Position numbers and translations under genes: made by a program. From positions 3,168,001 through 3,232,000 of the forward strand of contig OY970325.1 in NCBI GenBank assembly GCA_963717145.1: DNA of 64,000 nt, in the 5' to 3' direction. The notes under the pieces are model-generated. The model saw nothing but the letters and a program-made list of their open reading frames with translations. It was not told where the DNA came from and did no database searches. This document shows positions 37,865 to 49,271 of this stretch, in pieces. Source of the DNA: an uncultured Armatimonadetes bacterium. GTDB lineage: Bacteria > Armatimonadota > UBA5829 > DTJY01. Each line of letters begins with the position of its first letter. The stretch's first letter is position 1.

Positions 37865-40557
37865 TTTGAAACAACCTCCACAACAGCGGCCGCAACCTTG
37901 TACTCCGCCGTCTTTGTAATCGGATCATGGGCATCCGTCGTCAGCTCGTTTGCCGCCGATTCGGCAAAATGGAACGGCATCCAGATCTGGCCCGGCCTCA
38001 CCTTCTTCGTCGCCCACGCGCGCGCCGTGATGCTTCCCCGTCGAGTGCTCACCCGAAGCATTTCCCCGCTCTGAGCGCCGAGCTGCTCGAGGTCGCGCGG
38101 ATGGATCTCCACAAAGCAGTCCGGCGACTTCTCAGCCATCCCCTTGACCCTGCGCGTCATCGTCCCAACGTTGTAGTGATATAGGATTCGGCCCGTCGTG
38201 AGCAGCCATGGATACTCCGAATCGGTCGGCTCACTCGGCGGCGAATACTCGACCGGCGCGAACTTGCCGAGACCACAGGCGAACCCATCCTCGTGCAGGC
38301 ATACTGTTCCGGGATGCTCCTCATGCGAGCACGGCCACTGAAGGCCGATCTTGTCGATTCTGGGGTAGTTGACACCTGCCAGCATCGGCGAAAGGGCCGC
38401 TACTTCGTCCCATATCTTCTCAGGAGAAGCGAATCTCATGTCCCCGCCCAGTCGGTTGGCGATCTCCATGATCACGCGCCAGTCCTCGCGCGCCTCACCC
38501 GGCGGCTCGACCGCCTTCCGAACGCGTTGGACGCGGCGTTCGGTATTGGTGAATGTGCCGTCCTTTTCCGCGAAACACGATGCCGGAAGGACCACATCGG
38601 CGATCTTGGCCGTCTCGCTCATGAATATGTCCTGGACCACAAGGAACTCCAGGTTGCCGAAAGCTTGCCGCACGAAGCTCGAATGGGCCTCGGACATCAC
38701 GGGGTCCTCCCCCATGACGTAAACGGCCTTCAGTCGGCCCGCAGCGGCCTCCTCCATCATCTCAGTGATCGTCAGCCCGGTCGACGTGGGCAGCGGCTTG
38801 CCATAGGCTTCCTCGAACTTCCGGCGGTTCGCCTCGACGGCGACCTTCTGGTAACCGGGGTACATGTCCGGCATTGCACCCATGTCGCACGCGCCCTGCA
38901 CGTTGTTCTGCCCTCTGAGCGGGTTGATTCCGCTGCTCGGCTTGCCGATCTGACCGGTGAGAAGCGCCAGGTTCGCGAGCCCTCGGACATTGTTGGTGCC
39001 GCAGGTGTGCTCGGTTATCCCGAGGGTGTAATAGATCGCCCCGCGGTCCGACTGAGCGTACAACCGTGCCGCTTTGCGGATATCATCCGCCGGCACTTCG
39101 CACATCTCCGCCGCGCGCTCGGGCGGCCACTGCTCGACGATCTTGAGGAACTCCTCGAATCCTTCCGTGCGCGACTTGATGAACTCCTCGTTCGCCAGGC
39201 CCTCGTGGACTATGACGTGCGCCATCCCGTTGATCAGCGCCAGGTCGGTGCCCGGGCGGATCGGCAGATGGATCGCCGCGATCTTGGTCAGCCATATCTT
39301 GCGGGGGTCGGCGACGATCAGTGTTGCGCCGTTGCTGACGGCCTCCTTGATCTTGAGACCGATGATCGGATGCGCCTCAGTCGGATTAGCCCCGATGACG
39401 AACAGCACGTCGGCGTCCGCTATCTCACCGATCGAGTTCGTCATCGCCCCGCTTCCGAGTGAAGCGGCCAGACCGGCCACTGTGGGAGCGTGTCAAGTAC
39501 GGGCGCATTGGTCAACGGAATTCGTTCCGATGACCGCACGCGCCAACTTCTGCATAAGATAGTTCTCTTCGTTCGTACACCGGCTGGAACTCATGAGGCC
39601 GATGGCATCCGGGCCGTCCGCTGCCTTGATCTCCTTCAACCGACCCGCCACGAGATCGAGGGCCTCGTCCCATGAAGCCGGCCCAAGCTCTCCATCGCGC
39701 CGGATCAGCGGAGTGGTAAGACGGTCCGGATGATGGATGAACTCGTAGCCGAACCGACCCTTCACGCACAGCCATCTGCCGTTTACCGGGTTGTCGGTGG
39801 CCGATGTGACACCGACTACGCGACCATCCCTCACGTTCAGGTCGAACTGACAGCCGACTCCGCAATAGCCGCAGGTTGTGCGAACCTTCTTCGCTCCCAC
39901 GAGGCCGACCATCCGGCGGGCCATGACGGCGCCTGTCGGGCAGACGGCGATGCAGTTGCCGCACAGTTCGCACTCGGACTCCTCACGGACGAGCCCAGGG
40001 GGGAGACCGATCTCGGTATCGAAGCCGCGCCCCTGGAAGTCGATCGCTCCGGCCTGCTGCACGTTCTGGCATACCAATACGCACCGACCGCACAGGATGC
40101 ACTTGCTGTTCTCCTCGGACATCATCGGAGCATCTTCGGATACCGTGTGGGAGGAGACTCCAGTCGGCGATGCCTTTCTCTCGCGGAGGCCGAACTCGTA
40201 CGCATACTCCTCAAGAACACATTCGCCGGATGTATCGCAGGTCGCGCAGTCATGCGGGTGGTCCGAGAGCAGCAGTTCGAGCACCGTCCGACGGAACCCG
40301 CGGAGGGCCTCGGTGTCGGTGTGAACGACCATTCCCGGAGACACCGGATGGGTGCATGACGCGACGGGACTAGGCCCGGCTTCAACCTCGACCAGACACA
40401 GACGGCACGAAGCGGTCGGCGGCAGGCCGAGGTCTGGGTCGTAGCAAAGATGAGGGATGTCGATGCCCGCTCTCCGGGCGGCTTCGAGGATCGTCATGCC
40501 GACGGAAGCGGTGACCTCTCTGGAATCGATCGTCAGCGTAATCTTGTTCTCAGTCAT
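37861..40557 (-). CDS. fdhA: Selenocysteine formate dehydrogenase alpha subunit
   Basis: Two ORFs in one frame joined by TGA at 39493-39495 in CART-U-HAPTVAGL; FeS N-terminus, CGYCGVGC, LRGQNNVQG, molybdopterin dinucleotide-binding C-terminus. Confidence 0.93.
39464..39495 (-). promoter_or_regulatory. Sec codon and bacterial SECIS hairpin
   Basis: TGA-12 nt-GTGGCC-GGTCT-GGCCGC, like the fdhF SECIS. Confidence 0.8.
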
Positions 40558-40576
40558 TATTCTCTCCGAGTTGCAC

Positions 40577-40614
40577 CACCGTGAGTCCTGAGTGCGCCGG
40601 TGAAGACTGACGGT
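40577..40614. repeat. Internally deleted derivative of the 20170-20286 element
   Basis: CACCGTGAGTCCTGAGTGCGCCGGTGAA joined to GACTGACGGT. Confidence 0.75.
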
Positions 40615-40647
40615 TCAGTGGGCTGCTAAGAAGCACAGTGCCCCTAC

Positions 40648-43600
40648 CTATTCCTCAAGATCGCAGCGCAGACAGCGGCGGGCCTCGAGGCACGCCGTCT
40701 CAGCCGAGTAGCCATGTACGACCTCATCGAAGACACAGGCGCGCTCCCGGGGCGACAAGTGGCACACCGCCTGACGGGGTACAGCCCCATACTCCTCATC
40801 CGGTTTGGCATCCGTCGCAAGTGCGGTGTCAGCGGGCAGCTCGCCACTCCCACCGAGGTAGACATCTATCGCCTTTGCCGCTTTCTGGCCGGCAGCTATG
40901 GCCTCGATTATGGTCGCCGGGCCGGTCACTGCATCACCACCGGCGAACACCTCGCCCTCGCCCGACCTCTGGGAAACCGGATCGGCGACGATGCGACCAC
41001 GTGCTACAACCAGGCGTCCGTCCGTTTGGGCAAAATCGAGTTCCGGCCCCTGGCCGATCGCCATAATCACGTGGTCCGCCTCGATCAGTACATCGAAATC
41101 CGGCTTCGGGATCGGGCGACGCCGACCGCCCTCATCTGCGTCCCCCAGCATCATTTCCTGACAGCGCACGGCTTGAACGCGCCCGGATCCTTCAATGGCG
41201 ACAGGTGCGACGAGTGTATGCAACTCGACGCCCTCCGCCAGCGCGTCCTCGATCTCTTCGCTGAGCGCCGGCATCTCTTCCCGAGTGCGCCGGTACAGTA
41301 TGGTCACGGGCCCCGCACCGAGTCTCAGGGCGGTGCGAGCAGCATCAATGGCAGCGTTGCCTCCGCCTATGACAACTACTCGCCCAGACAATTCCTTGAT
41401 CTCGCCGACGATCGCCTGGCGAAGGAAGGACAGCGCATCGTGCACGCCCTTCATCTCTTCGCCCGGGATGCCGAGCGTCGTGCTCTTGTGCGCTCCGGTT
41501 GCCACAAAGACCGCATCGAACCCCGCAAGCGATTCGAGCGACTCGATCCTGTGCCCAGTCTCGATCTCGACGCCTGCGCGCACGATATAGTCGATATCCC
41601 GCTGCAGGACCTCTTTCGGCAGACGATATGGTGGAATCCCGACGGCCAGCAGGCCGCCGACAGCGTCGAGGGCTTCGAATATCTTGACCTCGTGACCCAT
41701 GATGGCAAGGAAATATGCGGCAGTGAGGCCCGCCGGGCCCGAACCGATGACCGCCACCCTGCCCCTGCGCGGCCCTGTCCACGTGGGCGGATGGCCAGAA
41801 TCGGTGACATGATCGGTCACGAAGCGCTTCAACTGCCTGACTGCCACGGGCGCATCGATGTCGCCGCGCCTGCAGAACACCTCACACGGATGATCGCATG
41901 CACGGCCGCAGACCGAGGGCAGCGGGTTGCGCCGACGGATCACGTCGAGCGCCTCCGCGAACCTTCCCTCGGCGATCAGTCCCACATACTCGGGAACGTT
42001 CACGTGCGCGGGACAGGCGCTCGAGCACGTGGTGGTGATCAGCGCCTCGCACGAATTTGCCGGGCAGCGCTTCTCGATGATGTGGGCTTCGTATTCATCG
42101 CGGAAATAGCGGATCGTTGACAGGACCGGATTCGCAGCGGTCTGGCCGAGGCCGCACAAGGAGGCTCTCCGTATGGCCTCTCCAAGCTTTTCGAGTTCAT
42201 CTATGTCAGAAAGCTCGCCCTCGCCCTGCGTGATCCGGGTCAGGATCTCGAGCATTCGCTTCGTGCCGATCCGGCATGGGACACACTTGCCGCACGATTC
42301 CCTCTGAACGAAGTCCGCGAAGAAGCGAGCCATGTCCACCATACAGGTGGCTTCGTCCATGACGATCAGACCACCCGATCCCATGATCGCGCCGACCTGC
42401 TTAACCGAATCATAGTCGATCGGTAGATCAAGGTACTGCGCGGGAACGCATCCACCGGAGGGGCCGCCCATCTGGACAGCCTTGAACTTGCGATCGCGGG
42501 GGATGCCGCCGCCGATGTCGAACACGATCTGGCGCAGAGTGGCGCCCATCGGCACCTCGACGAGCCCCGTGTTTCTGACCTTGCCGGCAAGGGCAAAGAT
42601 CTTGGTGCCCTTGCTGCCCTCGGTCCCGAAGCTTCGGTAGTAGTCCTTGCCCTGAAGAATAATGATCGGCACATTTGCGAGCGTTTCGACGTTGTTGATA
42701 TTCGTGGGCTTGCCCATGAAGCCGCTTATCGAGGGAAACGGCGGGCGGGGGCGGGGCATACCTCGCCTGCCCTCCAACGAGGCAATGAGTGCGGTCTCTT
42801 CGCCGCAGACGAATGCGCCGGCGCCTCGGTCGATCTCGATATCGAAGTCGAAGCCCGTTCCCAGGATATCTGTTCCCAGTAGGCCACATTCGCGCACCTG
42901 GTCGAGGGCTATCTCGGTGTTCTTTACCGCAAGAGGATACTCCGCCCGGACGTAGATGATGCCCTTCGCCGCCCCGATTGCATAGCCCGCGATTATCATG
43001 CCTTCGAGGATTGCGTGAGGGGTGCCTTCAAGGAGGCTGCGATCCATGAAAGCGCCGGGGTCGCCTTCGTCGGCGTTACAGATGAGGTACTTGGGCTCAC
43101 CGACTGCCTTTCGACAGAAACCCCACTTTACGCCCGCGGGGAAGCCTGCTCCACCTCGGCCCCTCAGCCCGGCCTCACGGACTTCATCGATCACCTGTTC
43201 CGGCGTCATATCACAGAGGGCCTTGGCCGCAGCAGCATAGCCGCCGCGAGCGACGTAGTCCTCGAGGCTGATCGGGTCCAGTATGCCGTTGAGCCGAAAG
43301 ACGATTCTCTGCTGTCTCGCATAGAACGGCACTTCGTGGTCATGGACGATCTTACGGTCGGTAGCCGGATCGACGTAGAGGAGCCGCTCGATGACTTCAT
43401 CCGACAGAACAGTCCGCTCGACGATCTCGGGCACATCTTCGGCCTGCACACTCGGGTAGAAGACTTTGGCGGGGAGGATGACGACGACCGGCCCCTTTTC
43501 GCAGAAACCATGGCATCCCGTGATCTTGACGGGGATATCGCATTCGAGTCCGCGTCTCTTGATCTCATCCTCGAATGCCTTCTTCACTCCGGAAGCTCCG

Positions 43601-43716
43601 AAAGCGACGCAGCCGGTCCCGCCACAGATGGTGACCATCTTCCGGTCGGAGCTGATCTCTGCCTTCAGCCGGTCCTGCCACTCCCGGAAAGCCGATGCTG
43701 AGGAAGCCTGCTTCAT
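40648..43716 (-). CDS. NuoF/HydB-like NADH-FMN subunit fused to a GltD/NfnB-like FAD-NAD(P)H module
   Basis: GRGGAGFP, CNADEGDPGAFMDR, VCGEETAL, ESCGKCVPC; then CGRACDHPCE, GSGPAG, GGGNAAID, YRR, EARRCLRC. Confidence 0.92.
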   Translation of the reverse strand: MKQASSASAFREWQDRLKAEISSDRKMVTICGGTGCVAFGASGVKKAFEDEIKRRGLECDIPVKITGCHGFCEKGPVVVILPAKVFYPSVQAEDVPEIVERTVLSDEVIERLLYVDPATDRKIVHDHEVPFYARQQRIVFRLNGILDPISLEDYVARGGYAAAAKALCDMTPEQVIDEVREAGLRGRGGAGFPAGVKWGFCRKAVGEPKYLICNADEGDPGAFMDRSLLEGTPHAILEGMIIAGYAIGAAKGIIYVRAEYPLAVKNTEIALDQVRECGLLGTDILGTGFDFDIEIDRGAGAFVCGEETALIASLEGRRGMPRPRPPFPSISGFMGKPTNINNVETLANVPIIILQGKDYYRSFGTEGSKGTKIFALAGKVRNTGLVEVPMGATLRQIVFDIGGGIPRDRKFKAVQMGGPSGGCVPAQYLDLPIDYDSVKQVGAIMGSGGLIVMDEATCMVDMARFFADFVQRESCGKCVPCRIGTKRMLEILTRITQGEGELSDIDELEKLGEAIRRASLCGLGQTAANPVLSTIRYFRDEYEAHIIEKRCPANSCEALITTTCSSACPAHVNVPEYVGLIAEGRFAEALDVIRRRNPLPSVCGRACDHPCEVFCRRGDIDAPVAVRQLKRFVTDHVTDSGHPPTWTGPRRGRVAVIGSGPAGLTAAYFLAIMGHEVKIFEALDAVGGLLAVGIPPYRLPKEVLQRDIDYIVRAGVEIETGHRIESLESLAGFDAVFVATGAHKSTTLGIPGEEMKGVHDALSFLRQAIVGEIKELSGRVVVIGGGNAAIDAARTALRLGAGPVTILYRRTREEMPALSEEIEDALAEGVELHTLVAPVAIEGSGRVQAVRCQEMMLGDADEGGRRRPIPKPDFDVLIEADHVIMAIGQGPELDFAQTDGRLVVARGRIVADPVSQRSGEGEVFAGGDAVTGPATIIEAIAAGQKAAKAIDVYLGGSGELPADTALATDAKPDEEYGAVPRQAVCHLSPRERACVFDEVVHGYSAETACLEARRCLRCDLEE

Positions 43717-44225
43717 TGGCGTCCCTCCTCAGCGATCCGCTCCAGTATCTCCTGGACCCGCCGCGGAGTCGCTTTGCCGTAGTAGTTGCTGTCGACAACC
43801 ATCACCGGGGCGAGAGCACAAGCGCCGAGACATGCAACCGTTTCGAATGTAAACATCATGTCGTCAGTGGTTTGGCCGTCGTCGATTCCCAGTGCACATC
43901 TCACGCTGTGGATCACGCTCTTACCTCCACGAACGTGGCACGCGGTACCTCGGCAGCAGCGGATGGTATGTCGCCCACGCGGCTCAGTATAGAACTGAGC
44001 GTAGAATGTTACCACACCGTAGATGCGGCTGAGCGGGATATGGGTTCGGACGCTGATCTCTTCCAGAGCCGAAGGAGGCAGGAAGCCGAATCGCTCCTGA
44101 ACGCCCTGGAGGACGGCGATGAGGTTCGATTCGTCCGTCACATTCAGTTCGTCGAGGTGGGCGAACACGTCGTTATCATCGGGCAATCTGCTTCCCGCAG
44201 ACTCATCGACTGCCTGGTTTGCCAT
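43713..44225 (-). CDS. NuoE/HydC-like 2Fe-2S subunit
   Basis: YGVVTFY, CRGTACHVRG, ACLGAC. Confidence 0.93.
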   Translation of the reverse strand: MANQAVDESAGSRLPDDNDVFAHLDELNVTDESNLIAVLQGVQERFGFLPPSALEEISVRTHIPLSRIYGVVTFYAQFYTEPRGRHTIRCCRGTACHVRGGKSVIHSVRCALGIDDGQTTDDMMFTFETVACLGACALAPVMVVDSNYYGKATPRRVQEILERIAEEGRQ

Positions 44226-44805
44226 GTGAGCTATTCCTCCGGAGCGCTTCCTGATAGGCCTCTGGTGTGTTGATATTCAGAAAACTGAGCAGTTCCGGAT
44301 CGAGCGATCTCAGATCATTCTCGGGCACGTACACTGTGTCGACTCGATCGAGCAGGTCTCGCATCCTGAGAATGCCTGCCTCGAGATTCGCCTCCACCTG
44401 GGGCAGACACGATCTCCGATACGCCGCGTGAAGCGGCTCGATTCCATTCTCCAACATCGGCACGACCGCTTCATGTCGGTCCAGCAGGGAGAGCACATAG
44501 CGGGCCACTTCAGTATCCGCAAACGGCATGTCGCAGGCGAGGACGAAGTTTGCGGCATCCGGTGATGCGGTCAGCCCCGCTTGCAGGCCGCCGAGCGGGC
44601 CCTTTCCCTCATAGGAATCGTACACGAGGGTGGCATTCTCCACATCCAGGTCCTGCCCGGGTCTCGCGACCACTATGACCGGGCCGAATTCGCCGGCGAA
44701 CCTCGTGACAAGGGCCTGGAGGATCGTGGACCCGTCCATCTCGAGGGACGCCTTGTCCCGGCCCATGCGCGCGCTCGTGCCGCCTGAAAGGATGATGGTT
44801 GCCAT
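44203..44805 (-). CDS. mobA: Molybdenum cofactor guanylyltransferase
   Basis: LSGGTSARMGRDKA, GPLGG, ACDMPF, NINTPE. Confidence 0.94.
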   Translation of the reverse strand: MATIILSGGTSARMGRDKASLEMDGSTILQALVTRFAGEFGPVIVVARPGQDLDVENATLVYDSYEGKGPLGGLQAGLTASPDAANFVLACDMPFADTEVARYVLSLLDRHEAVVPMLENGIEPLHAAYRRSCLPQVEANLEAGILRMRDLLDRVDTVYVPENDLRSLDPELLSFLNINTPEAYQEALRRNSSHGKPGSR

Positions 44806-44810
44806 GCTGT

Positions 44811-46480
44811 CTAGAACAGGCCGTAGATCTCGCCGTCGGGCTTCATGCCGATCTTGACCGCGGCCGGTACTTTCGGAAGTCCCGGCATCGTCATGATGCT
44901 TCCGGCGTAGATCACCACGAATCCTGCGCCGGCACTGACCTTCGCCTCCCGTACCCCGATCTTGTAACCCCTCGGGCGTCCGGCGACCTTGGGATCGTCG
45001 GACAGGGAGTTCTGGGTCTTGGCGATGCAGACCGGCAGCTTCCCGAAACCGAGCGCGGTGATCTGACTGATCTGCTTCTCGGCGGCCGGAGCAAAATCCG
45101 CGCCATCCGCACCGTAGAACTGGCGCGCGACCGCCTCGACCTTCTCCTTGATGGACATATCCAACGGATATGCCGGATGGAAGGTCGATTCGCCCTCACA
45201 TGCCTTCAGCACGAGTTTCGCGAGTTCGATGCCGCCCTCGCCGCCCTTCGCCCAGACATCCGAGAGCGCCCATGTCGACACCGGTCTCCTTGCAGCACTC
45301 CGAGAGAGCCTCGATCTCTTCGTCCGTGTCGGTCGGGAACTTGTTGATGGCGACGATCGGGTCGAGGCCGACATTCCGCACGTTGTCGCAGTGCTTCTCG
45401 AGGTTCTCGATGCCCTTCAGCACAGCCTCCGGATTGTTGGCCTTGAGATCGGCGAGCGCCACCCCACCGTGCATCTTGAGCGCGCGGATCGTGGCGACGA
45501 CGACAGCGGTCACCGGCATCAGTCCGGCTGAGCGGCACTTGATGTTGAAGAACTTCTCCGCGCCGAGGTCGCTCCCGAAGCCGGCCTCTGTGACCATATA
45601 GTCGGCAAGCTTCAGGGCCATGCGTGTGGCGATCACCGAATTGCATCCGTGAGCGATGTTGCCGAACGGTCCGCCGTGTACGAACGACGGGGTGCCTTCC
45701 AGCGTCTGGACCAGGTTCGGGACGATGGCGTCCTTCAGGACGACGGTCATCGCGCTGCTCGCCTGCAGGTCCTTCGCGGTGACCGGCTGACCGGCCTTGT
45801 TGAGCCCGACGACGACACTCGCGAGCCGTCTCTCGAGGTCCGCTCGATCCGTCGAGAGGCAGAGCAGAGCCATTATCTCCGATGCGGTCGTTATATCGAA
45901 TCCGGACTGGCGGGGGATACCGTTCCCCTTGCCGCCGAGACCGATCACGATGTCCCTGAGCGCCCGCTCGTTCATATCCATGACGCGCTTCCAGGTGATC
46001 GAGTGGAGGTCTATGTCCAGCGGATTGCCCTGGTGGATGCTGATTATCGAGCATGGCCGAGAGCAGGTTGTGGGCGGTCGTGATCGCATGGAAATCACCG
46101 GTGAAGTGCAGGTTGATGTCGGCCATCGGGACGACCTGAGCATATCCTCCGCCGGCCGCGCCGCCTTTGACGCCGAAGCACGGCCCGAGTGACGGTTCCC
46201 TGAGCGCCAGGCAGGTGGACTTCCCGAGCTTGCGAATGGCATCAGCGAGACCGATCGCAGTGGTGGTCTTTCCCTCGCCGGCCGGAGTCGGAGTGATGGC
46301 GGTAACGAGAATCAGCTTGCCATCCTTCTTGTCCGCATTTCGATCTAGCAGATCGAGAGTGATCTTGGCTTTGTCGGCTCCGTAGAATACCAGGTCCTGT
46401 TCGGACAGATTCAGGTCTGCGGCGACATCTCTTATGTGCCGGGGCTTCGCCTGCTGGGCGATCTCGACGTCGGTTAGCAT
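44811..46480 (-). CDS. fhs: Formate--tetrahydrofolate ligase (frameshifts near 46043 and 45270)
   Basis: [47 protein letters not shown] spread over three frames. Confidence 0.93.
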
Positions 46481-46508
46481 AGGTGGAATCCTCCTCGGAT
46501 GGTAAAGG

Positions 46509-46925
46509 TTATTTCTCGTCTTTTTTCAGCTTTTTGCTGAAGGACATCTTCTCGATCTTTCCGGCAAACATGTTCATCCAGGCGCTGGTATGCTCGAGCC
46601 GCCTGTCCACGGGGATATGGTACTTCCTGAGCTTATCCTCCCAGCCAAGCTTCCTGGCGCGCTCGTTGATGAGCCACCATATGCAGGCCTGATCCTCGTG
46701 GACCTCGCAGTGACCGTCGGCCCTCGTACCTCCACACGGCCCGTTTCGAAGCTGCTTGGGGCACCTCATGCAGCAGGTAAACGCGTTATAGCTCAAGACG
46801 CACTGCCCACAGTCCTGGCATCGAAACACAGGCTTCTTGAACACATTCTCGCTGAGTAGAACGCACTTGTACAATGTCGGGTGCCGCTCGGTGAATGCGG
46901 CTACTCTCTCTGACAGCTTGCTCAT
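46509..46925 (-). CDS. metV: MetV-like subunit (MTHFR C-terminal Cys-rich domain)
   Basis: [22 protein letters not shown]...CIW; TAATG overlap with metF. Confidence 0.8.
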   Translation of the reverse strand: MSKLSERVAAFTERHPTLYKCVLLSENVFKKPVFRCQDCGQCVLSYNAFTCCMRCPKQLRNGPCGGTRADGHCEVHEDQACIWWLINERARKLGWEDKLRKYHIPVDRRLEHTSAWMNMFAGKIEKMSFSKKLKKDEK

Positions 46926-47881
46926 TATGCTACCGCTCCTGTCGGTTCCGGCTCGGTCTCGATCGGCTTCAGGGTCGGTCGAGGCAGGAGCCCCGCTCCG
47001 TCGACGATCGACTTCGTGATCGATTCCCACATCACGGGCATGATGTGAACGCCGCTAACGCCGGGGATCTCCTTGAGTTGCTTGATGGTCTCGATGCAGA
47101 TACTCACCCCTTCGTCCTTCGGCTCCTGAGCGGATTTCATGCGGGTGATGTACTCGGGCGCGATCCTCATGCCGGGGACGCTGTCCCTCATGTACTCCAG
47201 GGCCTTCGCCGACTTGACCGGCATGACGCCCGCAAGGATGAAGATCTCCTTGTCGAAGCCTTCGTCCCTTACGGCCGACATCCATTTCTCGAACCGGGGC
47301 ATATCGAACACCGGCTGCGTCTGGATGAAGTGCGCGCCGGCCTGGATCTTCTTGTACAAGTTGAGGATGCGCATGTTGAACGGCTCGCCGAACGGATTCG
47401 CCGCTCCTCCGATGAACATCGCGGGCGGCGGCTTTATCTCGTCCCCGGAGAGGAACTTCGCATCGTTCATCCCGGCCACCGTGTGAATAAGCTGAACCGA
47501 GTCGAGATCGAAGACTCCCTTGGCATCGGGGTGGTTGCCGAAAGACTGGTAATCACCGGACAGGCAGAGAAGGTTCCTCACACCCGCTGCATATGCCCCG
47601 AGGATGTCCGACTGCTGAGCGAGCCGGTTCCGATCTCGACAAGTCATCTGCATGATCGGCTCGATCCCGCCCTCGACCGCAAAGGCGCTGCTCATGGCCG
47701 AACTCATACGGACGATCGCCGTCTGGTTGTCGGTGAGATTCACGGCATCGACGACGTTGCGGAAATACTCGCATTTCTTGAGAATAGGCGCCTTATCGGC
47801 TCCCTGCGGAGGACTCATCTCACCGCAGACCGCGAAGTGCCCTTCTCTCAACATCCGTTCCAGATTACTACCTGATATCAT
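46925..47881 (-). CDS. metF: Methylenetetrahydrofolate reductase
   Basis: NLTDNQ, QMTCRDRNR, LSGD, KKIQAGAHFIQTQ. Confidence 0.94.
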   Translation of the reverse strand: MISGSNLERMLREGHFAVCGEMSPPQGADKAPILKKCEYFRNVVDAVNLTDNQTAIVRMSSAMSSAFAVEGGIEPIMQMTCRDRNRLAQQSDILGAYAAGVRNLLCLSGDYQSFGNHPDAKGVFDLDSVQLIHTVAGMNDAKFLSGDEIKPPPAMFIGGAANPFGEPFNMRILNLYKKIQAGAHFIQTQPVFDMPRFEKWMSAVRDEGFDKEIFILAGVMPVKSAKALEYMRDSVPGMRIAPEYITRMKSAQEPKDEGVSICIETIKQLKEIPGVSGVHIMPVMWESITKSIVDGAGLLPRPTLKPIETEPEPTGAVA

Positions 47882-47929
47882 CTATTTCGCCCCCTGGTCA
47901 CTCTTTGCTGACCATGTGATATGTCACAC

Positions 47930-48151
47930 TCATTCATCGCCCGTGAAATCGATGCACTCCTTCGCGTACGGACACCATTTCGCGCAGCCCAGGTCCAGAC
48001 ACGGATTCTTGAACCTCGTGCCACATTCCGGACACGCGCGCGAGCGGTCGTCCTTGAAGAACTCCACCTTGGCGCCGCACTTGGGACACGGCTGCTGCCG
48101 TATGTCGTCGATCTTCCAGAAGCGGCTATCCTGGCCGGGACACTTTACCAT
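47930..48151 (-). CDS. Small Cys-rich zinc-ribbon/FeS protein
   Basis: CPGQD, CPKCG, EFFKDD, CPECG, GCAKWCPYAKEC. Confidence 0.78.
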   Translation of the reverse strand: MVKCPGQDSRFWKIDDIRQQPCPKCGAKVEFFKDDRSRACPECGTRFKNPCLDLGCAKWCPYAKECIDFTGDE

Positions 48152-48163
48152 ATTGATCCAACT

Positions 48164-49270
48164 CTACACCAAAGAAGCCCACAGGGACTCCAGGTCGACA
48201 TGCTCCCGAATGAGGCTCGTTGCCAGGCAGGTCTTCTCCTCATCGGAAACGCGGGTCTTGACAGTCATATCGTGTATGCGCGAGGCCACGTCATATGTGC
48301 GCTCTCCGGTTGTGAGCACAGGAATACTTGTGCGCTGAACGAGGTCCATGGTTGACGGCTGTGGCAGCAACCCGCCTGTGAGAACAATCCCCGCCAGCTC
48401 GATGTCTTTTCTGAGCAAGTCGGTGGTGACGATGGCAAATATGACGTCGTCCCGATCGCCCGGGACGATCAGCAGCGACTTGTCCTGCACGTACTTAAGT
48501 GCATTGTAGGCCGTCATGGCGCCGATAATGATGTCTGCAATCGGATTGGCCAGTCTGTCCGCTCCGTTGATGACCGTGGCGCCGATGCTTTCCGCCACCT
48601 GCATCACCGTGGGCCACGACAGGCGTGGGGCGTATGGAACTACACCAAGCAGCTTCAGCCCCATTCTTTCAAACGACTTCGACAGATAGTAGCGGGTCTG
48701 ATCGAGCTTCTCGGGCAGCACCTTGTTGACTACTACGCCAACGACAGGGACTCCCTCCTTCTCGAAGAGACTGCAATTCACCGCGACTTCATCGACCGGA
48801 CGGCCTATGCCGCCGAGCGTCACGATGACGGCCTTAGCGTTTAGAAGCTTGGCGACGTGAGCATTCGACATGTTAAACACAGAGCCCACGCCTGCATGTC
48901 CGCTGCCTTCGATCACCACCAGATCATTGTTCCTGGAGGCTACTGCATATGAATCGCGGATCGATTTTTCCAGTTTAGGGAGTTCGATCTCCGGATTCTC
49001 GATGTACTTGCGGGTAAAATCGGGCGTGACCGCAACAGGACTCATGTCTTTGAGCGGATAATCGAGGTCACAAGCCTGCTGAATGAGCAGTGCGTCCTCA
49101 TCGATCATCTGGTCGTCGACTTCGACATACCGCTGCCCGACCGGCTTCATGAAGCCTACAGACTTCGTAAGATCACTGAACCCGCGAACAAACCCCAGGC
49201 TGCATGTGGTCTTGCCGTCATTCTGGTTGGTCGCTGCCACGAATAAGCGCCGTTCGATCTTGTTTATCAT
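48164..49270 (-). CDS. BioD-like P-loop + DRTGG protein (homologous to the N-terminal part of long Pta)
   Basis: NQNDGKTT, FMKPVG, IEGSGHAGVGS, PGDRDD, LTGG. Confidence 0.87.
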   Translation of the reverse strand: MINKIERRLFVAATNQNDGKTTCSLGFVRGFSDLTKSVGFMKPVGQRYVEVDDQMIDEDALLIQQACDLDYPLKDMSPVAVTPDFTRKYIENPEIELPKLEKSIRDSYAVASRNNDLVVIEGSGHAGVGSVFNMSNAHVAKLLNAKAVIVTLGGIGRPVDEVAVNCSLFEKEGVPVVGVVVNKVLPEKLDQTRYYLSKSFERMGLKLLGVVPYAPRLSWPTVMQVAESIGATVINGADRLANPIADIIIGAMTAYNALKYVQDKSLLIVPGDRDDVIFAIVTTDLLRKDIELAGIVLTGGLLPQPSTMDLVQRTSIPVLTTGERTYDVASRIHDMTVKTRVSDEEKTCLATSLIREHVDLESLWASLV

Positions 49271-49271
49271 G

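Noticed and set aside
39493-39495. fdhA pseudogene or split gene
   Set aside because: The TGA is at the conserved Sec/Cys ligand position and is followed by a SECIS-like hairpin.
44811-46480. Programmed frameshifting in fhs, acsB or cooS
   Set aside because: No slippery heptamers at the sites, and the same indel pattern affects unrelated genes, so sequencing error is more likely.
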